In this document: positions 35,401-41,584 of the stretch, one piece after another | How the letters are laid out: the number at the start of each line of letters is the position of its first letter | Numbering within the stretch: position 1 is the stretch's first letter | Source: Choristocarpus tenellus KU-1152 | Taxonomy: Eukaryota; Protista; Phaeophyceae | Reading direction: 5' to 3' | Length of the DNA: 41,584 bases | Assembly (NCBI GenBank): GCA_964200185.2 | Contig: CAXNAD020000030.1 | Coordinates: forward strand, 1 to 41,584 | Notes under the pieces: model-generated | Database searches by the model: none | Told to the model about the DNA's origin: nothing | Seen by the model: only the letters and a program-made list of their open reading frames with translations | Translations under genes and position numbers: made by a program

Positions 35401-38400
35401 AAACCCTTTCAACGCCCGATCAACAAATGTCCACCTTCCATTTGGTTTGCTTCTAACCCTTGATGTCTATGAAGATACACACTGACACAAAAATGTATTC
35501 CACCTGGTACAGCATGCAATTCTCCTACCTCAGAGGGAAAAACAAAAAAAAGACTTACCAGGAACTTAAGGTTAGGGTTAGGGTTAGGGTTAGGAAAACA
35601 AAAGGTCAAAGCAGAAAAGGCTCACCAGAGTTCGTACACAGGTGCCATTGATGCTCCCAAGGGTACCAATGGCAAATGCGCTCACCAGGGCAAGAGGCCA
35701 GTGTGATTGGTCATAGTCTAGGTTGACAATGAGCAGCATGGGGGGAAGCATAACTATCATAGAGGCCCCTAACAGCAATGGCCACAAAAATTTATCCCTG
35801 CAAGCAAGAATGGAATTGATGGACAGTACGGCGGAGAATGTAAGAAGGCGTTTGCAAACACTAGGGTTAGGGCAGAGAATAAACAGAGGGTTTCAAGAAA
35901 TTGGCTTAGGGTTAGGGAAGATTAGCAGGCAGGAAGGAAGAGATAACAATGAGTCATTTGCAAGTGGATGAGGGTTAGGGTTAGGGTTGACCACCATTAC
36001 GCCTAAGGAGAAAGTAAGGAGTTTGCAAGACTCTTATGTAAGAATATTATTGCAGTTGCTATTGATTTGAAGAGACTCGACTATAATTATTATATTATTA
36101 AAATAAAAATGCACCAGCAGTAATAATAATAACAATAATATTAACAAAAAAATGAAGTTTGGTGCAGAAATAGACTGATATTTCCTGCTGTAAATCAATC
36201 ACGTCAGGCACTGGCACACAAAGAAAGGGCCACCATTAGGCTGATTAAATCTTATCTACCCTAACCCTAACCAAAGTCTTGGTACTTGTCTGAAAACTAA
36301 ATCTAGGGTTAGGGTAGATCATTTGAGCAACAAGAAACTAACCCAAGAGGGAAAAGTTCCTGCACAATGACCCACGAGCACACTCTTCATCAGAACAACA
36401 AAGGGGGGATACAACTGCAGACCATTCAGATCCCTATACAACCGTGCAAACCCTAACCCTAACCCTAAGTCTTTGCACTATTCGTTCTCTTGTAAAACAT
36501 CTTGTAAAACATCTTGTAAAACATCTTAGGGTTAGAGTTAAAACACCTACACACCAACATTTACCAACGATAACTAAATCACTGAAAATACGCAATATCA
36601 ACATATCAAAAAAATACATAATATCGACGTATAAAAAAAAAAATAATACAAAATTGTGATAATATAACTAATGAGAGGTTCAGGACATGATGCTAACCCT
36701 AACCCTAACCCTAACCCTAAAGGTGCATACACCGCTAGCTAGAAACTGGCCTTACAGGAATGTTATCACCAATAGTATACCAATAGTATACCAATAATAT
36801 ACCAATAATATACCAATAATATACCAATAATATACCAATAATATACCAATAATAGGGAGTAATCCCCCAAAGGTTAGGTTGGGGTTTGGGTTGGGGTTAG
36901 GGTTAGGGTTAGGGTTAGGGTTTAGGTTGGGGTTGGCTTTTGGATTAGATATTAGTTGCCTCTGGATCATCTCAATCTGTACAGCAATAGACACCCTAAC
37001 CCTAAGATATCACACCTGCCACCGACATCCACGCATTGATTTCTAATCCCAATTGAGCCAAATGCAGCACCCAACATGGTGATAGACAAAAGAGCTATGA
37101 TGTCTAGTGTCTTCAAAGGCACCATGACATCATCCTGACAGGGCATTGAGGAGGCACAGACATCTTGGTCGAGCAAGTCGAGAATTATATTGCATTTGGC
37201 TTATATACACTAAACTAGTGCTGCAAACTATTATATCAGGTGTTACCATAACTTGAGACAAAGAAGATAAAACAAGCAGTTCAAATATAAACTTCATCCT
37301 AAATATGAAAATTAGTTACTTCTATGTACACAGAGAAAGAAGCATTGGGTATCAAGTGCTGTTCAGTACGTTTTAACCAAAAATACTACATATTATAAAG
37401 TGACTACTATGCACCCCCACAATTGAAACAATCTAATAAGTACCAAAAATTGGTTATTGATTGTCAGCAAGGATACTGACTACAATGGAAGAATGGACAA
37501 ACATACTCATCTTAAACAAAATCGCAGCAGGGGAACACCCTACATGGATCTGGACAAGGGCAAGCACATGTTACTATCCATACGGACGCACCTCAAACCC
37601 AAGCATAATATTATCAAGTACAAGTACAATATTATGAATGATATTCATTAACTTTCCCTAAACAAAACTACCTCGGTTGAGCATCACTTCAAACAGTTTG
37701 GGGAGTAGGATAGAGTAAAAATGCATCAGACGGCATCAGATTTTAATTACTTTATTTTATGGAAATGCAAAAAAGGCAAATTCGGATTTTCTTGACATTA
37801 GGGTTAGGGTTAGACCTGATTGTGGGTTCTTGCAAGACTCACACAAATATATATATATATATATATATTGATACCACCTTTTGCATTATACTATAGCCTG
37901 CCTTGCAAATTGTTGGAACTTATGCTCAACAGAGGAAGTGTCAATCTTCAACATTTCAATCTTAGAGTTTCTTGCAGAAGAAAATGTCTGACCAGCTACA
38001 CAAGGGAGATTGCATAATCCCATCCCCATCCCCAACCTTATCCCTAAGAACCATAGTGAGGTACAAATAGAACATGGTGAATAGTATGGACAGTAACATT
38101 ATACACCAATGGAATGAGTTGTATGTCACATTCCACCAATGGGGTGCACTTGTCCTTACGTCCCCAAGTTGACAGATTGTATATGTGCTGTATCATTTGG
38201 ATGCACAGAAGCACACTTGCCAGCAGCAGATACAAGAAACTGGGAAAACATAACATAACATAACATAACACAACACAACACAACACAACACAACATAACA
38301 TAACATAACATAACAAGATAATCTTGATACCCACAACTACAGGTTTGTTCAAAAAAGGTCACAAGCACCAACGTCTCATGCACAATACAAAATCATGAAA

Positions 38401-41400
38401 TAAAAAACATATACTGCACCCCACCTTGGCCAGGCGATCGTGGACATACCACCACATCACACCCAACTGGATGCCACCAGGCACTCCCTGCCCCACCAGA
38501 AGCAGGTTAGTCCCTGTTGTCATGCTGCTGCAGAAGGATGACCAGTTCAATCTTGAGGATACAAGACACATAATATACAAGGACATAAGACACATAATAT
38601 ACAAGGACATAAGACACATAATATACAAGGACATAAGACACATAATATACAAGGACACAAGACACATAATTCAGGCACGCAGAAGGGGGTTGCTTCAGAG
38701 GAGAGGAGACTAACTGGTACTCAGACTTAGTTCTATAAAAAAAAAACTGCATGTTCTGGTAAAAAATAACCCTAATCAATTTGACAGTTTCATTTCAATT
38801 TGGAAATGACTCGAGAGCTGAGAGCCAAGAGGATTTAAACGAACTTGCTACAAACATAGCTTTAGGTCTCATAATACAACCACATAATTAATCATAAATC
38901 ATCATTAGGGTTAGGGTTAGGGTTAGGGTCATAGGTCACGCACAATAAATACCATACCCACAAGAAAATAACACCCACCAGGTGGGGTGAGGAGCTCCAC
39001 TGGAGGAAAAAAAAAACACATTCCACATTCCACATTCCACATGACACGTGCCAATACGCAACTCTTCAGAGACACATGTGCACCCATGCAGACGACATGC
39101 CTAAAAAATAAAATAGTAGGTCTGAAAATGTCCTGTCATGTGCCAATCTCAATTAACTAATTGAATTTCAGTGATAGTTCAAATCTCTGTTAATAACAAC
39201 CTATTCAGTAACTCTAACCCTAAGCCATGCTAGGGACAAAAACATACTAAAATTAACAGGAGCTTTTCACCGGGGGTCAGAAACAGGAGGTGGTTCCACC
39301 TACTGGGCCGACCAGTGCTAGAATTTTCTGGCATGTCTCTGTCCATGTCCACTGGTCAGACCCAGTCTAAAATTGTCTAGCATGTCTGAATGATGTCTGT
39401 CAGCTGGATCAGGTATAACATTGTCTAGCATGTCTGAATGATGTCTGTCAGCTGGATCAGGTATAAAATTGTCCCATGTGGTTCGACCATGTCCCCCAGC
39501 TGGATCAGGTATAAAATTGTCCAATGTGGTTCGACCATGTCCTCCAGCTGGACCAGGTATAAAATTGTCCAATGTGGTTTGACCATGTCCTCCAGCTGGA
39601 CCAGGTATAAAATTGTCCCATGTGGTTCGACCATGTCCACTGACTGGTCAAACTTCGTCTCACATGTCCAGATCATGTCCACGACATGCTGTATTAGTCC
39701 AATTCACAGGCCAGGAAGGTCTACTCCAGACCATTCAAACTCAAACAGATTGGTCCAATTCGTGTGGTCACTCCATGCAAAGTAGTAATTGACAGCCTGC
39801 AAACATCCTAACCCTAACCCTAAGTTGAAATCATACCACTGTACAATCTAATATTTAGCGTAAATTAGAGTGAATTAGAGTGAAAGGGTCTCTGAGTGAT
39901 ATGTTATAGTGTGACATAACCGGCCTAGGTTATGTATGTATATTTTTGTATATTATCAAGCCAGTTGTAGGTGAAACGTTCTAACATGGCCAGGTCCATA
40001 GTCATCACTACCTCAACATGGCCGGGCCCCTGGCCAGCCCGGTAAAAGGACATTCAATCATGACCGAGTCCATGGCCATCGCTACTTCAACATGACTGGG
40101 TTGCCAACCATGTACAACCAGGTTCAAACATGACTGAATGCATTGTCATCAAAATGTTTCAACATGCCCAGGTCACGGGCCACCCTGCAGTCATTTGTTT
40201 GAGAGTGGGCATGCTAACAACAGTGGACATGCTAACAGCCCAGTCCTGTGAAAAACCCTTTTAGTGATAGTAATAGTAGTAATAATAATAGTACTAGTAC
40301 TAGAAATAGTGATAGTGATAGTAATAGAAATAATAAAATACAATGACTACGTATCACTAAATGCAAAGCAGCAGAAATCTGTAACTGACCCTAACCCTAA
40401 CCCTAACCCTTCCACTTTGAGCAATGTACCAGAGTAGTTAGTTAAAGACACTGTACAAAAAGTGTTCTATTCATGTTCTATTCATGTTCTATTCAGGATG
40501 TTCCTACGATTAAGTTTGACGTGAAGGTCAACTGACAAGAGAGTATGCACCTCACCTTTGGGTGATTTAGGGTCTACAACAACACTACCAGAATACCCAG
40601 TTAGATATTCAGGTAATGCTTAGGTTGGTCACTGTGGTCAAGTCTCAAGGAGTTGCCCTAGAAAACACAAATGACACTCCACCCCTGCACTGTCAAAAAC
40701 TTCTATAGTGATTTGCAGTCAATGAGTACAGCAATCGACGTCGCCTCTAAAGCTCTTAACGTCTCTTGGATATTTCACATTTGTCTCTATGTTTTATTCT
40801 ATTTTAATATGGTTAGGGTTAGGGTTTGTGCGTCTTTACATGGACTAATGGCATCTGTACCACAGATAGTACAGTCATCAGAATATTACTACCATCAGTA
40901 TTATCAATATTATTACCATCAGTATTATCAATATTACTACCATCAGTATTGTCAATATTATTACCATCAGTATTATCAATATTATTACAAAAATTGTGTT
41001 TCACACTATGCTCTGTGAAGACCTGGTAGAGTCCTTTCACCCTAACCCTAACACACGCAAAAGATAGCCCTAACCCTAACCCTAACTCAATCATCACACA
41101 TGATTTATCGTATGACATGGGATGACATGATATGACATCAAAACTGCCTCCTGCAGGTGATAGGTAATGTTCAGGATGCTCACTAACCTTACTTTGTAGG
41201 CACCCTTTCCTGCCTTTTGAAACAGTCCCTCCAGTGCCGTTTCCTGCTAACAAAAAATTAAGATTTGACTTTTAGGGGTTCTTGTAGTACAGGTTCTATC
41301 AATACTCAACCAGTAACAACCCAAGTATTCTGGAAAATAGTAAATTCTTCCTTATCACATTTACTATTCCTGCAGGGACTGCTTAACACAACATCACAAT

Positions 41401-41584
41401 CAGCACCACCATTGGCAATAATATCAAGTGCAGCAGCAAGATTACCTACAAGAGTATCATGGTATATATCATAACCCAACCCTAACTACAGTGCTCTTGG
41501 AGGTGGGAAACTCTGGACATCCTCCTCTGGTCATGAGGGGAAGGGATACTCCGACTTGCTTGAATGCTACTCACCCTCCCCCCC
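32477..41584 (-). CDS. Major facilitator superfamily transporter (Spinster-like), C-terminal half; 5' part outside window
   Basis: Minus-strand exons 41584-41575 (partial), 41246-41188 (NAGNAG acceptor, alternative start 41243), 38551-38425, 37134-37016, 35797-35626, 33659-33479 and 32640-32477, with consistent phases. The protein reads ..GGRQETALEG...YKVRLNW..TNLLLVGQGVPG...G......D.L..D, GSINGTCVRTLLMNTNVPEVRG.......NIG..IGP, followed by hydrophobic helices typical of MFS TM7-12. Confidence 0.82.
34612..34680. repeat. 14-bp tandem repeat (ctacatggaatcta), about 5 copies
   Basis: Direct reading; MFS intron. Confidence 0.85.
36768..36853. repeat. 11-bp tandem repeat (accaataatat), about 8 copies, between two telomeric tracts
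   Basis: Direct reading; MFS intron. Confidence 0.88.
38247..38315. repeat. Compound pentanucleotide microsatellite (acata)n(acaca)n(acata)n
   Basis: Direct reading. Confidence 0.88.
38557..38670. repeat. 24-bp minisatellite (ggacataagacacataatatacaa), about 4.7 copies, abutting an MFS splice acceptor
   Basis: Direct reading; the acceptor is at 38552-38553. Confidence 0.9.
39254..40263. mobile_element. Possible non-autonomous DNA transposon (imperfect TIRs, internal 48-bp and about 72-bp subrepeats)
   Basis: The left end taacaggagcttttcaccgg matches the reverse complement of the right end (taaaagggtttttcacagg) at about 16/20 positions. A 48-bp tandem array (about 5.5 copies) lies at 39370-39637 and three CATG-rich units of about 72 bp lie at 39980-40175. 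Confidence 0.4.
40881..40988. repeat. 24-bp minisatellite (aatattactaccatcagtattatc), about 4.5 copies
   Basis: Direct reading; MFS intron. Confidence 0.9.

Larger units (their letters stand above)
2248..41486. repeat. Dispersed short interstitial telomeric repeats (TTAGGG/CCCTAA)n, about 60 tracts of about 1.5-11 units in both orientations
   Basis: Examples: 2248-2268, 9966-9980, 10190-10217, 10563-10582, 11130-11150, 13380-13410, 20449-20498, 23523-23540, 33052-33070, 35570-35594, 36695-36720, 36871-36935, 38906-38929, 40389-40410, 41068-41086. Perfect tracts occur only in introns and intergenic DNA. Confidence 0.95.

Noticed and set aside
36871-36935. Longest TTAGGG tract as a true chromosome end
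   Set aside because: Only about 11 degenerate units, inside an MFS intron with in-phase exons on both sides.

Overview
Eukaryotic nuclear DNA with GT-AG spliceosomal introns. It is probably from a photosynthetic stramenopile such as a brown alga (inferred from bipartite signal+transit peptides with a Phe after the cleavage site). Five multi-exon genes were assembled by hand with consistent splice phases: (1) the 3' part of URB1/Npa1 on + (1..6746, 5'-truncated); (2) a complete 322-aa triose-phosphate/phosphate translocator-family gene on - (9768..16647) with no visible N-terminal leader and a C-terminal KxKxx motif; (3) a plastid-targeted class I SAM methyltransferase of the METTL13/EEF1AKMT4/CSKMT type on - (20862..26790); (4) head-to-head with it, 337 bp away, a plastid-targeted bTHX/PSRP4 30S ribosomal protein with a long acidic tail on + (27128..28360); (5) the 3' half of a Spinster-like MFS transporter on - (32477..41584, truncated). 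The non-coding DNA holds a Copia RT/RNase H relic, other decayed ORFs and many minisatellites. The most striking signal is roughly 60 (hand count) very short telomeric TTAGGG/CCCTAA tracts in both orientations through introns and intergenic DNA. Several are flanked by 5-16 bp direct duplications, two form TTAGGG-CCCTAA fusion palindromes, and one degenerate copy appears in-frame in an exon. This suggests pervasive telomere-repeat insertion during DNA break repair.
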